Sequence record: MW394391.1
Length of the DNA: 64,000 nucleotides
DNA from: Klebsiella phage vB_KpM_FBKp24
Reading direction: 5' to 3' (one strand)
Within the stretch, counting starts at the first letter, position 1, and each line of letters begins with the position of its first letter. The notes under the pieces are model-generated. The model made no database searches. It was not told where the DNA came from and was given only the letters and a program-made list of their open reading frames with translations. This document shows positions 34,341-43,873 of this stretch, one piece after another. Position numbers and translations under genes: made by a program.

Positions 34341-34358
34341 TAGTCATAGGAAAACAAA
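34341..34358 (-). promoter_or_regulatory. candidate late-type promoter motif (coding strand TTTGTTTTCCTATGACTA)
   Basis: follows hairpin 34359-34386; ~40 nt upstream of ATG 34302. Confidence 0.4.
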
Positions 34359-34386
34359 TAGAGAGGGGCCGAAAAGCCCCTCTCTA
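34359..34386 (-). terminator. terminator hairpin tagagaggggc-cgaaaa-gcccctctcta
   Basis: 11-bp stem, member of GAGAGGGG..CCCCTCTC family. Confidence 0.55.
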
Positions 34387-34469
34387 TGATTATTGTTACA
34401 CACGTTATCACAAAGTTGAATTGTAATCAAAGCTTACAATTACCACAAATGTTTTCGCTTCCCTGTAAA

Positions 34470-36698
34470 TTAAATTAAGCTTTTCGCAATAACAGTAGGC
34501 GGCACATTAGCAATAGCTGCTGCAGTTACTGTCGCGGATGCGACGATATCGAGAATACCCGCGCCTGTTGTCGCATCAAACCTGACTACACGGTAAGTTC
34601 CGGTCGCGCCTGCGATGGAAATAAAAGCACCTTCGTAGAGTCCGTTTGGGTTTTGGAAAGTTACTGACCGACTACCACTGGTGGTGGTTACTGTACCGGA
34701 TATTGTATCTAACGTTCCCGAAAGTACAACTCTGTATTCGTTCCAGCGAGTCGCACTAGGCACCGTCGTTCGCACGATACTTCCCTGAATGTGGGTACCG
34801 CTGATAAGACCGGGGGCGCCAGTTAAGTCAGTTACCGTCTTATCTGGTCCGCGATAACCACCGTTATTGGTGCCAAAATAAATACCGCCATCCCCTACGT
34901 TGTTAGCGAAGAAGCTGTCAGGGTGAATAATATTCACGTTCACAAAACGCCCGTCGGTAGAAGTCCCAGTACGGTATTGATAAGGAGCAACGTTGTTAAC
35001 CATGTAGACAATTAAATCTGACATGTTAGCGCGAATCCAGAAGAAAGACCCTGCCGTAAAGCCAGAAAGTACGGATTTATTCCAATTACTTCCTCTATTG
35101 TTTGTCCAGCGCCAACGACCGGCTTTACTTGGAGTATAAGTGATTGTACTAGGGGTGTTATTCACCATTACAGCCCCGGACGAACCTTCGTCAAAATCAT
35201 TATTATCAAGAACAAAGATATTATCTACTTGTTGGAGATTGATCCAGTAACGCGCGTTGGTCGAACCTAATCGTTGATTTTTAAAGGTATTAGAACGAAC
35301 ATAAAGATTACTAATCCTTTGCCCTTCTCCACTAGTTACTTGGTTAATACCGCCGTAACAATTATCTGAAATATTATTTTCAAAATAAATATTATCATAG
35401 GTACAAGTACCTGTGTTCCAAGAACGAATGCGTAATGGACAGGTTTCAATATTACCTTCATTAGTGGAATAAATATTGAAAAACTGATTACCCTGAATAA
35501 CTATGTTTTTGATGTAAGCGCCGTTAGGGGAATTGTCGTCATTTGTCAAATAAACACCTGACTGTATCGAAGTATCGACCAAGTTATTTTTAATAATCAC
35601 ATTTTGCACGTACGTATACAACTTAAACGCGGCCTGTGTGTTTGAAACTTTGTTATCGCTGATCAGAGCATTGTTTACTGGATAATTAGGGTCGAAACTT
35701 CCGCATGAGATTGCGTCATCCCCCACTCGTTCCACTTTATTATTCTGTGCAGTGATGTCGGTTGTGCGATAAAAATGAATTCCATCAGTACCGGCCTTCA
35801 CCGTGTTACCGCCAATATGATCGTGAACGTAACAGTTACGTACAGTGACATTTTTAGAATAATCGAATTGAATACCGTAACCGATAGCATTGGCTTCGTC
35901 AACAAACTCAATCACACCATCGCCAGAGTTAGAAATATACAACGACTTAGGGCCAATTGTCCCAGTGTAACTATTGTAGTTAGGGCGGGTTATTTTAAAA
36001 TGACCAAAGTAGTGTCGGTACTTTGTTACGCTGACTGATTCCGAACCAATCCTAATTCCTTGTCCTAGATGGTTAATTCTGAACTCGGTCAGACTCATAC
36101 CGGCCCCTCTGAAAATGACTCCCTGAGTAGGGACTATGACTGGGGCGTCAAGACGATAGATACCTGGTTTTTGCTGGTAAATGACCTTACCGGAATTGAA
36201 AGCAGCAGTAACAGCGGAGCTACTATCAGTATTCCCGCTAGGGTCCGCACCATATTGTTCCAACGTCGCATATCCCAAAACATCCTCAAGATACCCTTTA
36301 TCTTGCAAAGGAATAATTTTAGTCCCGCCGACCTCACTAACGAGCGCAGCCGATGTTATCTTCCTACTTGTCGGTAATCTTACCTGATTATTGTCATATC
36401 CTAATACTGGGTTAGCAACGCCCGACACATTCTGATATTGCAACACCCACAGTTTTGCAACTGTTTCATAGACGAAGAAGACATCGCCCGACACAGTAGC
36501 ATCTAGTCCAGCGTCTACAGATAAGAAAGCGTTATCAAAGCCCAGAGTTTGGCGAAGATCGTTGATCTTAGTTGCTTTGGTAAATGCGACGCCTGCATCG
36601 GTCTTTGCGTTAATAGGGACGACGTCATTTTCTTTAATGACGCCTGCATCACCTAGTTCAGAAATTTTGATTCCAATGGAATCTGGCAATTTAGGCAT
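34470..36698 (-). CDS. tailspike protein H (742 aa) with N-terminal anchor domain and beta-helix
   Basis: MPKLPDSIGIKISELGDAG...INDLRQTLGFDNAF anchor; many N/G-rich beta-helix rungs. Confidence 0.7.
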   Translation of the reverse strand: MPKLPDSIGIKISELGDAGVIKENDVVPINAKTDAGVAFTKATKINDLRQTLGFDNAFLSVDAGLDATVSGDVFFVYETVAKLWVLQYQNVSGVANPVLGYDNNQVRLPTSRKITSAALVSEVGGTKIIPLQDKGYLEDVLGYATLEQYGADPSGNTDSSSAVTAAFNSGKVIYQQKPGIYRLDAPVIVPTQGVIFRGAGMSLTEFRINHLGQGIRIGSESVSVTKYRHYFGHFKITRPNYNSYTGTIGPKSLYISNSGDGVIEFVDEANAIGYGIQFDYSKNVTVRNCYVHDHIGGNTVKAGTDGIHFYRTTDITAQNNKVERVGDDAISCGSFDPNYPVNNALISDNKVSNTQAAFKLYTYVQNVIIKNNLVDTSIQSGVYLTNDDNSPNGAYIKNIVIQGNQFFNIYSTNEGNIETCPLRIRSWNTGTCTYDNIYFENNISDNCYGGINQVTSGEGQRISNLYVRSNTFKNQRLGSTNARYWINLQQVDNIFVLDNNDFDEGSSGAVMVNNTPSTITYTPSKAGRWRWTNNRGSNWNKSVLSGFTAGSFFWIRANMSDLIVYMVNNVAPYQYRTGTSTDGRFVNVNIIHPDSFFANNVGDGGIYFGTNNGGYRGPDKTVTDLTGAPGLISGTHIQGSIVRTTVPSATRWNEYRVVLSGTLDTISGTVTTTSGSRSVTFQNPNGLYEGAFISIAGATGTYRVVRFDATTGAGILDIVASATVTAAAIANVPPTVIAKSLI

Positions 36699-36728
36699 TT
36701 TTCCACCCTCAGGGTTAAAAGAAAGTTA

Positions 36729-36743
36729 ATCATACGAAACAAA
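36729..36743 (-). promoter_or_regulatory. candidate late-type promoter motif (coding strand TTTGTTTCGTATGAT)
   Basis: after hairpin 36746-36769, ~30 nt upstream of ATG 36698; near-identical to motifs at 39154 and 43832. Confidence 0.4.
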
Positions 36744-36745
36744 AC

Positions 36746-36769
36746 TGAGAGGGGCGTAAACCCCTCTCA
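36746..36769 (-). terminator. hairpin tgagagggg-cgtaaa-cccctctca in the divergent region
   Basis: 9-bp stem, same family. Confidence 0.45.
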
Positions 36770-36871
36770 ACGTATGTTTAATAATGTTTCACTTGCAATG
36801 ACAGAACAGCGGTTGATAAATCGTGGGAGTATAACCAATCTTAATCACGGTCACGATAGTCAATGCTATGA

Positions 36872-36886
36872 TACGATTGACTATTA
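36872..36886 (+). promoter_or_regulatory. candidate late-type promoter motif (GCTATGATACG) upstream of tailspike I
   Basis: TATGAT ~25 nt upstream of ATG 36908 in 210-nt divergent intergenic region. Confidence 0.25.
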
Positions 36887-36907
36887 GAGACAATATAAGG
36901 TAAAATT

Positions 36908-39121
36908 ATGGCCAGTGAGATCTATGTAAAGCTCAGTGAAATGGATCGCCCATCAAAACCGGTAAACGATTCCGATCTGGTTTTTATTGCACAAAATGAA
37001 TCAGGGGTTGTTGAGTCTAAAGCGGCGGCCATCTCTGATCTGCGCGCGCTTCTTAATTTTGAAAATGCTTACACTACCACCACACTAGGTTTAGCCGATA
37101 CTGAAGCTAACCAAATCTTCTACGTTTTTGTCGATGCAACAAAAACGACAGTAAAATCTTATATTAATCGTAACGGCATCGCGGAGGCTATCCTTAACGC
37201 GGACGGCACTTTAAAAATCAATTACACTCTCGTCGGAATCGACGCTATTCAGAAAGAAATTAATTCCGTTTATTCCACGGGTGGGTCCAATAGCGTCGGT
37301 CATGTAAGAACAGAGATTGAGTCAAATTCAGCTAGTGTGGCAAAAACGCTGAACGGGCTCCCGGTTAACATTTGGGAATTTTCTAATTTAGTGACTAAAA
37401 AAGACAACCCGAATGATCCCTCTACTTGGGACTGGTCGCCAGCTGTAAGCGCAGCTATTGATAAGTGTATTTATCAAAAGCAAATTAATATCTCCAACGC
37501 ACAAAGATATTGTTCAGGTTGGCTCTTCTTCCCACCGGGAAAATATAGATTAGACAGTAAAATTGTCAAAGATTTAAGTTCTATTACGTACGAGACAGGT
37601 AAACCCCGTTTTAGGATTATGGGCCAAGGGGCTTACATTTCTTCTAATGTTAATAAGGATTATTTGTTAACGTTTACTGGTGGTAGATTGGAAATGGACG
37701 GAATAACGTTCATTAAAGAACCGGGTATTTTTGCTTACTACATTAAACTCGGAAGTGAAGTGACTGCTAACTCAATGGCCGTTGGCGGGAGATTCTCTAA
37801 TCTTAACTTCATGTCGCCCACTAAAGCGATAACCTTCGGTCAGTGTTACGATGCAGTATTTGATTGCATCTACATGACTGGGTTTGTTGCAGTTGACGAT
37901 AGCGATACAAATAACCCTGCGACGGGGATTCATATCTTACCTCAAGCCACGGACAACTCCAACAACATCGTGTTCATCAGACCACACATTGAAACGTCGT
38001 ACACTAAAAACTACATAGCTATTAAAGTAGATCCAACTTCTACCTCCAGTACACACCACAACATTAAATTTGAAGGCGGTCATATTGAGACGCACTTCTA
38101 CGGAGCGAAGTGGTTTAGTTTAGGCGGCGGTACTCAGTTTAATTTCGACACTGTAGTTTTTACAGACAACGGGTCAGGTGGTACGGATACTGCGGGCACT
38201 TACGAATTAGGGTACATCAACCAAGGGATTGTTAAATTTACCGGTTGTACTTTCCAAACACTAAGAAAATCTAGTGTTGCGTATGACAGTTCGATTCACA
38301 CTTCAATGATAAGGTTCGGATCTAGCACTAACACTGGTCGAATTTTCGACAGTTGCTATTTCTCATCGGCATTTTCCGAAGTCTCTGGTAACGGCACGAT
38401 CGCTCCGATTTTTGATGTCAGTGCAAGTACCCAGGGTAAAAGAGCGTACCAACTTATTAACTGCGCAATTAATAATTTTACCAGAAGAATATCAAGTGGT
38501 TTAATTCTTAATGATCTTAAAGTTGCGACAAGGAAATATATTGTCGATGTTGATAGTGACAACAATAGCGCCCTATCTATTTACTACACTAACACCGATG
38601 GATCTTTCAATCCAACTACTCCGATCCTTTCGGTGGCGCAAGATGGAACAATAAGTGGCTACCTCATTAAAACTACGGCTTCAATTTCAAGCGGAAATAT
38701 TCTCCAAATTGGGAATAACAATACTACTGCTGGCGATCGAAGACTGGATTTCTACCCGTACGGCAACACTACTTTAGGAGGTAGAATTTTACTTGGTAAC
38801 ACCGGACCGATGACTTTTACTAGTTATTTATCCGGTATGAACTTTGTTGCTAACGGAGGCGCTAGTCAGTTTAATTTCATGGGGTCAGTAGTACCGAATA
38901 GCAACGCGAACTATGACTTTGGTTCCGCAGCGCTTTCGTGGAAGAACGCTTACTTTACCGGGACTATAACTGTCAACGGTAATCCCGTAGGAGTTAAAGT
39001 AGCGGTACCTTCCTCGGCTACTTCGGCGGGTAGCGTTGGTCAATGGGCGGCTGATACAAATTATCTTTACGTTTGCATCGCCACAAATACTTGGGTGCGG
39101 TCAGCATTGACTACCTGGTAA
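36908..39121 (+). CDS. tailspike protein I (737 aa) with anchor-type N-terminus
   Basis: ...AAISDLRALLNFENAYTTT...IFYVFVDATKTTVKSYINRNG matches anchor family; beta-helix repeats. Confidence 0.7.
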   Translation: MASEIYVKLSEMDRPSKPVNDSDLVFIAQNESGVVESKAAAISDLRALLNFENAYTTTTLGLADTEANQIFYVFVDATKTTVKSYINRNGIAEAILNADGTLKINYTLVGIDAIQKEINSVYSTGGSNSVGHVRTEIESNSASVAKTLNGLPVNIWEFSNLVTKKDNPNDPSTWDWSPAVSAAIDKCIYQKQINISNAQRYCSGWLFFPPGKYRLDSKIVKDLSSITYETGKPRFRIMGQGAYISSNVNKDYLLTFTGGRLEMDGITFIKEPGIFAYYIKLGSEVTANSMAVGGRFSNLNFMSPTKAITFGQCYDAVFDCIYMTGFVAVDDSDTNNPATGIHILPQATDNSNNIVFIRPHIETSYTKNYIAIKVDPTSTSSTHHNIKFEGGHIETHFYGAKWFSLGGGTQFNFDTVVFTDNGSGGTDTAGTYELGYINQGIVKFTGCTFQTLRKSSVAYDSSIHTSMIRFGSSTNTGRIFDSCYFSSAFSEVSGNGTIAPIFDVSASTQGKRAYQLINCAINNFTRRISSGLILNDLKVATRKYIVDVDSDNNSALSIYYTNTDGSFNPTTPILSVAQDGTISGYLIKTTASISSGNILQIGNNNTTAGDRRLDFYPYGNTTLGGRILLGNTGPMTFTSYLSGMNFVANGGASQFNFMGSVVPNSNANYDFGSAALSWKNAYFTGTITVNGNPVGVKVAVPSSATSAGSVGQWAADTNYLYVCIATNTWVRSALTTW

Positions 39122-39126
39122 CTCAT

Positions 39127-39153
39127 AGAGGAGGGCGAAATCGCCCTCCTCTA
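39127..39153 (+). terminator. terminator hairpin tagaggagggcg-aaat-cgccctcctcta + T run
   Basis: 12-bp stem followed by TATTTTGTTT. Confidence 0.6.
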
Positions 39154-39170
39154 TTTTGTTTCGTATGACC
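39154..39170 (+). promoter_or_regulatory. candidate late-type promoter motif TTTTGTTTCGTATGACC
   Basis: ~30 nt upstream of ATG 39199; identical core to 43832 (TTGTTTCGTATGACC). Confidence 0.4.
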
Positions 39171-39198
39171 ATTTTCAAATAATAACCGGAGCCAGATA

Positions 39199-41454
39199 AT
39201 GTCCGATATTTTTTCTCAAAAGATCTCTGAGTTACAGTCCAGTACAGGGCCGAGTGAAAACGCCTATTTCCCTCTTTCTGAAGCCAATAACGACTTCTCA
39301 GAGAAGGTGAGTATCACTACCTTAAGGGAAACTATTGGTTTTGAGAATGCTTTCCCTACCGTCGCTATTGCGTTACTGGCGACTAAAGAAAGCGACGTCT
39401 TCTTCGTTTATGAGGACGATAAAAAAGAAAACGTTTTGGGTTATGTCAATCAGGGTAACGGGAGTTATTCTGCCTTGATGACTGACAGTAACACTCAGCT
39501 GCGCTATGCTACAAGTAGCTTTGTTGTTAATAGTTTATTCTTTTTGCGGGGCGCGGAGAGTTTCGAAGAACTTAGAACAATTAAGCCATGGTACGAAGGA
39601 CAACGCATTAAACTTAAGAGTTACTACGTTAACGGTTTAACGGGTGGCGGTGAGTTTGTTGCGCGATTAACAGGCGGTGTAGATGACGGCGGTTTTATCG
39701 CGGCGGGAGAAGGGTATTATTGGGAACGTGCTGGCGATGAAATCTCACTTAACAATTACGGGGTCTATTATCAGGATATAAATGCAAACGGGAAAATTAA
39801 TTTCTCTAACGCCGTTCAATCTGCAATTAATAGGGCCAAAAATAAAAAGCTTCCGCTTATTACTAATTTCCCATCTGAAAACCATTACGTTAAAGGTGGG
39901 ATTTACCTCGAATCAGGTATTGATATTACAGGAATAAAATCGATCGAGGGGGCGTTACCCATTATCATCGATTCTTCCATTTTTACGGGTCTGAACGCTA
40001 TCGGTTACCCCGGTATAACATGGGTCCTGTTAAATATTAATGGCTCTTTAGGTACGGACGGTATGATATTCGGTACCAGTGTAGGTAATCAGACCCTTGA
40101 TACAATAGCGATAAGGGATCTTAATCCCAGATCAAAACCTTTAGGCGGGCAATTACACACTTTTTCTGGTACCACAATTAACGGTGCGCTTTGTGCTACC
40201 GGTTTTGATGGCCCTGGTGTTTATCTCTCAAACTGTTACGATTCTAATATTCAAGATATTCGGGCCATCGAATCAGGGAATATTTCTTGGTGGTCCATTT
40301 CGATAGATTCATATCCCAAAGACAGTACTTCTTCGCTGGACACCTCCAATCATTTAGTGATTGGGAGTATTGAACCTCACGATTGCCATGAACGAATTTT
40401 GAATGTCAACGCCTCCGCTTCCTCGGTCGACCATATACATGAAGAAGCGAGCTATGTAACGGACACAACTACTTGGGGTTCGGCTACGGTTTCTAGTAAC
40501 GGTTTTGGGTGGACGAACACGCTTCTGGCTGGTTGGTGTTCTCGCTTTGGTGTGGTAAGGGTTCTACCGAAGAGCACTAATACAGGAAAGCATGTAACGA
40601 CGGTAGTCTCAGATCAAATTTCTATCGATACTTTTCAGACAGAAGGGAACCTCGGCCTCCATTTCACTTATACAAACCCCGTGAAAGGTTCTTCGTACGG
40701 AACAATTGAAGTAGGTACCGATCTTTATATTACGACCAATGTTCCGGGTTCGATAGGTCATTGTTTAGTAAAAGGCGCTAATTCCGTCGTCACTCAGCTC
40801 AGTAAGAAACTTAATGTTAGATCAATGATGATCACGGGGTCTTCTTCATCACTTGTTGACTCTGGTGGCGTATACGGGAACTTAGAGGCTATTGTCGCAA
40901 CTATCGATAGCGGCGTAGTCAGTAAAGGTTCTATAACCACCTTAACGTCTACAGGAAGTACTTCCCTCTCTAACATCGGTATTGTTACTCTCACTTTAAA
41001 CGGGACACGGACAACGGTCAAAGATTGTTACATCAGTGGTGTTTCTAGTTTTTCTGGGGATGGAGTTGTATCAGGGACTACACTTGTTGGAGCAAGCAGT
41101 TTTTCTGGATCGTTTACTTGTTTCGGTATCAAAACAAACGCGAATTTATCTATCAGTAACACCTCTGCGCAGACATATAACTTCTCTTTACGTGATTCGT
41201 TTATTAATGGGCAACTTTCAATAACGAACTACGTTAAAGTGAACATCGACTTCGTCAGGGTCATTAATCTTTACATTTCCATTACTAGCGGATTCTTACT
41301 TCTTTCAAATATCCAAATGACCGGGTCATTAACGGGGAATGTAATAAGTTCAACCAACGTCCCGGCTTTGGGTTCTTCGACGACTGACCCTACTAATGGA
41401 AATAGTTACATTTTCCAATCTGGGGGTTGGAAAATGATAAATATAACTGCATAG
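39199..41454 (+). CDS. tailspike protein J (751 aa) with N-terminal anchor domain
   Basis: MSDIFSQKISELQSS...LRETIGFENAF; LRTIKPWYEGQRIKLKSYYVNGLTGGGEF beta-helix entry motif. Confidence 0.7.
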   Translation: MSDIFSQKISELQSSTGPSENAYFPLSEANNDFSEKVSITTLRETIGFENAFPTVAIALLATKESDVFFVYEDDKKENVLGYVNQGNGSYSALMTDSNTQLRYATSSFVVNSLFFLRGAESFEELRTIKPWYEGQRIKLKSYYVNGLTGGGEFVARLTGGVDDGGFIAAGEGYYWERAGDEISLNNYGVYYQDINANGKINFSNAVQSAINRAKNKKLPLITNFPSENHYVKGGIYLESGIDITGIKSIEGALPIIIDSSIFTGLNAIGYPGITWVLLNINGSLGTDGMIFGTSVGNQTLDTIAIRDLNPRSKPLGGQLHTFSGTTINGALCATGFDGPGVYLSNCYDSNIQDIRAIESGNISWWSISIDSYPKDSTSSLDTSNHLVIGSIEPHDCHERILNVNASASSVDHIHEEASYVTDTTTWGSATVSSNGFGWTNTLLAGWCSRFGVVRVLPKSTNTGKHVTTVVSDQISIDTFQTEGNLGLHFTYTNPVKGSSYGTIEVGTDLYITTNVPGSIGHCLVKGANSVVTQLSKKLNVRSMMITGSSSSLVDSGGVYGNLEAIVATIDSGVVSKGSITTLTSTGSTSLSNIGIVTLTLNGTRTTVKDCYISGVSSFSGDGVVSGTTLVGASSFSGSFTCFGIKTNANLSISNTSAQTYNFSLRDSFINGQLSITNYVKVNIDFVRVINLYISITSGFLLLSNIQMTGSLTGNVISSTNVPALGSSTTDPTNGNSYIFQSGGWKMINITA

Positions 41455-41460
41455 TTAAAA

Positions 41461-41490
41461 ACTCAGTCCTAAAAAGGACTGAGTTTTTTA
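41461..41490 (+). terminator. terminator hairpin actcagtcct-aaaa-aggactgagt + TTTTTT
   Basis: 10-bp stem + T6. Confidence 0.65.
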
Positions 41491-41497
41491 TATGACC
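41484..41497 (+). promoter_or_regulatory. candidate late-type promoter motif TTTTTTATATGACC
   Basis: ~22 nt upstream of ATG 41520. Confidence 0.35.
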
Positions 41498-41519
41498 ACC
41501 TCCATTCAGGATTAAAGAC

Positions 41520-43559
41520 ATGTCTAATGAAACACAGAAAATTAGCGAGTTGAACCCTGCTACTACGCTGACTGAACACACTCTGTTCCCCGTGGTCTCT
41601 GAACAGACGGAGACCAGTAACACAGATATCTCGACACTGCGTTCAGTCTTGTTGTTCGACAAAGCTTTCAACTCAATCGCAGAAGGTACAGATGGAACGG
41701 AGAAAGGAGAGTCTTATTTTGTTTACACGGATGCAACCAAAACCGCGGTACAGGGTTACGTCAACCAAGGTGGGGGTTCTTACACGCCACTTGTAGATAT
41801 CAATGGCGTCGCAGTCCGGTATATCTCCGGGCAGACGCTACGAGGGTTAGATTATTTTACTAACGGCGTAGATTCCTTCGCTAAGTTACGGACACTATCG
41901 CCTCTATACGCTGGGCAACGCGTAAAGTTGAAAAGTTGGGTAGCGGGTGGAAAAACAGGTGGTGGGGAATTTATCGCCGGAATCGGATCGGCGACGGATG
42001 ACAACGGCACGATTGCCGCCGGGAATGGATTCTACTGGCAACGGATTATTTCCGATCGGTTGTCTTTTGAGGATTTCGGTGCGGTCGGGGATGGTGTACT
42101 GGACGATACCAGTAACATTCAAAAAGCGGTCAACTACTGTGCTAAGAACGGCATTGCACTAACGTGTTTAGGGAAAGTCTACGCAGTCAGTACCGTAAAT
42201 TTCCCAACCGATTTAGTGATCGATATGTGTAACGCGGTACTTTTGTCGTTACCCTCTGTTACGACGGGTTATACCTTAACAATCAGCGGTTATTTGTCTC
42301 CTGCGGCTAATCCAGGAAAATTTGATAATATTCGTGTTCAGCGTACCTTAATTAATACTCATCAGCCCGACACTAACAGCGTCGTAGACGGCGTGTCATT
42401 TGGAGTTGATGCGCACAATATTTCCTTCTATAATCTCAAGGTCTCTGGGTTTAGGGACGGAGTTTGTTTTAACGGGAAAAGTGCTTATCTCATTCGTTTA
42501 TACAGCCCGATCATTGGGCAGTGTTGGCGCCGAGGGATGGCCTTTTATGCGAATACTGATTCCAATGAAAACGTGACCATTTACGGCGGCGTGATTGCGG
42601 ATTGTTGTAATTTCACTTTCGACGGTACTGGGGTCTACTTATCAGGGAGTGCCTCAAGTATTGATGTCAGGTTCTTTGGGACCAGTTTTGATTATTGCGA
42701 CATCTCAGTTGATCTTTATCAATCTAACGTCGAGCTTCACGGTTGTCACTTGGAAAACAATAATAACAACCCCCATATTCGACTTTCGTACACCTCAACC
42801 AAAAACCAACCCTATCTGATCATGAAAGGGGGAACAATGGGAGGCGGACCGAACGCGAACTCGTGGAGCGGTATTCCGATAGAAAATAGTACGGGTCGTC
42901 CTTACCTCGTCTTCATTACCAACACTGGCGGTGCCCACGTTGACATTGATGGAACTGACACCAGTAAATACATGACAGGAGTCAGGAGAACTACCGAGAT
43001 CGTAGGTGTAGAGGGCGATAACTACCAGTTGATCGGGACCTTAAGGGTGAGGAACAAAATGACCTCTGGGAACATGGATAACGCCAGTCGCCCCATGCGA
43101 CCTTGTAGTGCCCTTAACGTGATTCTGATCAACCAATATCAAACTGCCGCATGGACACCGAGTTACACTAACGCTGACCTCACTTATACGATTGATACTA
43201 CGAATTACTCTAACCCTAATTCACCGCACTCACGAAAAATTACACAAGGAAGCGTACGTAATGTCTCTTACTGGCAGGACGTGACACTGCGCGGCGGAGA
43301 TATTTTCCACGCGGAGGCCGAAATCAAAATCACATCATTGACGGCTGGTTACGTCGCGCTTAGAGTGGATTTTTACGACTCTGCCGGGAACGTAATACAA
43401 TCGTCAATCAAATCCGTATCTGCGGTGACGGCTGATTGGAATAACGTGTGGGTCTGGTTACGCGCACCAAACGGTACAGTCAAGGCAAAAGTTCAAGAGT
43501 ACTTAAACGGTTTTGTCGGAACGGCGTATTTCACCAATGAACACGTTTGGATTTCTTAA
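41520..43559 (+). CDS. tailspike protein K (679 aa) with N-terminal anchor domain
   Basis: MSNETQKISELNPATT...LRSVLLFDKAFNS; KLRTLSPLYAGQRVKLKSWVAGGKTGGGEF. Confidence 0.7.
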   Translation: MSNETQKISELNPATTLTEHTLFPVVSEQTETSNTDISTLRSVLLFDKAFNSIAEGTDGTEKGESYFVYTDATKTAVQGYVNQGGGSYTPLVDINGVAVRYISGQTLRGLDYFTNGVDSFAKLRTLSPLYAGQRVKLKSWVAGGKTGGGEFIAGIGSATDDNGTIAAGNGFYWQRIISDRLSFEDFGAVGDGVLDDTSNIQKAVNYCAKNGIALTCLGKVYAVSTVNFPTDLVIDMCNAVLLSLPSVTTGYTLTISGYLSPAANPGKFDNIRVQRTLINTHQPDTNSVVDGVSFGVDAHNISFYNLKVSGFRDGVCFNGKSAYLIRLYSPIIGQCWRRGMAFYANTDSNENVTIYGGVIADCCNFTFDGTGVYLSGSASSIDVRFFGTSFDYCDISVDLYQSNVELHGCHLENNNNNPHIRLSYTSTKNQPYLIMKGGTMGGGPNANSWSGIPIENSTGRPYLVFITNTGGAHVDIDGTDTSKYMTGVRRTTEIVGVEGDNYQLIGTLRVRNKMTSGNMDNASRPMRPCSALNVILINQYQTAAWTPSYTNADLTYTIDTTNYSNPNSPHSRKITQGSVRNVSYWQDVTLRGGDIFHAEAEIKITSLTAGYVALRVDFYDSAGNVIQSSIKSVSAVTADWNNVWVWLRAPNGTVKAKVQEYLNGFVGTAYFTNEHVWIS

Positions 43560-43573
43560 GAAGGAACTCACTA

Positions 43574-43794
43574 TGTTTCAAGTAGGCGACACCGTTCGCA
43601 TCCTTTCTTGTCAAACTCGAGAAGACTTAGTCGGGAAAGAAACGACCATCAGTGCACTGGACGCTAAACTGGAAGATTTGGCTTGGGCAGATATCTACGG
43701 AATGGATCAATATATTTCGGTGGTCATCGATACCGATGCACGATTTATTGCGGCTCAACTGGAACTCGTAGCCAGTGACATTGAAGGCTCTTAA
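43574..43794 (+). CDS. small protein (74 aa) between tailspikes K and L
   Basis: AAGGA RBS before ATG 43574 (MFQVGDTVRIL...); ORF-track version starts at 43513. Confidence 0.45.
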
Positions 43795-43802
43795 GCTATA
43801 GG

Positions 43803-43830
43803 CAATGAGGGGACCTAGGTCCCCTCATTG
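43803..43830 (+). terminator. terminator hairpin caatgaggggacc-ta-ggtcccctcattg
   Basis: 13-bp perfect stem. Confidence 0.6.
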
Positions 43831-43831
43831 C

Positions 43832-43847
43832 CTTGTTTCGTATGACC
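43832..43847 (+). promoter_or_regulatory. candidate late-type promoter motif CTTGTTTCGTATGACC
   Basis: ~27 nt upstream of ATG 43874. Confidence 0.4.
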
Positions 43848-43873
43848 GGTTAGCTTTCTTCAGGAAAACAAAT

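Noticed and set aside
43805-43873. ORF-track N-terminal extension of tailspike L (MRGPRSPHCLVSYDRLAFFRKTN...)
   Set aside because: The ATG at 43805 lies inside the terminator hairpin. The conserved anchor N-terminus MSNDTQKISEL begins at 43874 with its own RBS-like purine tract.
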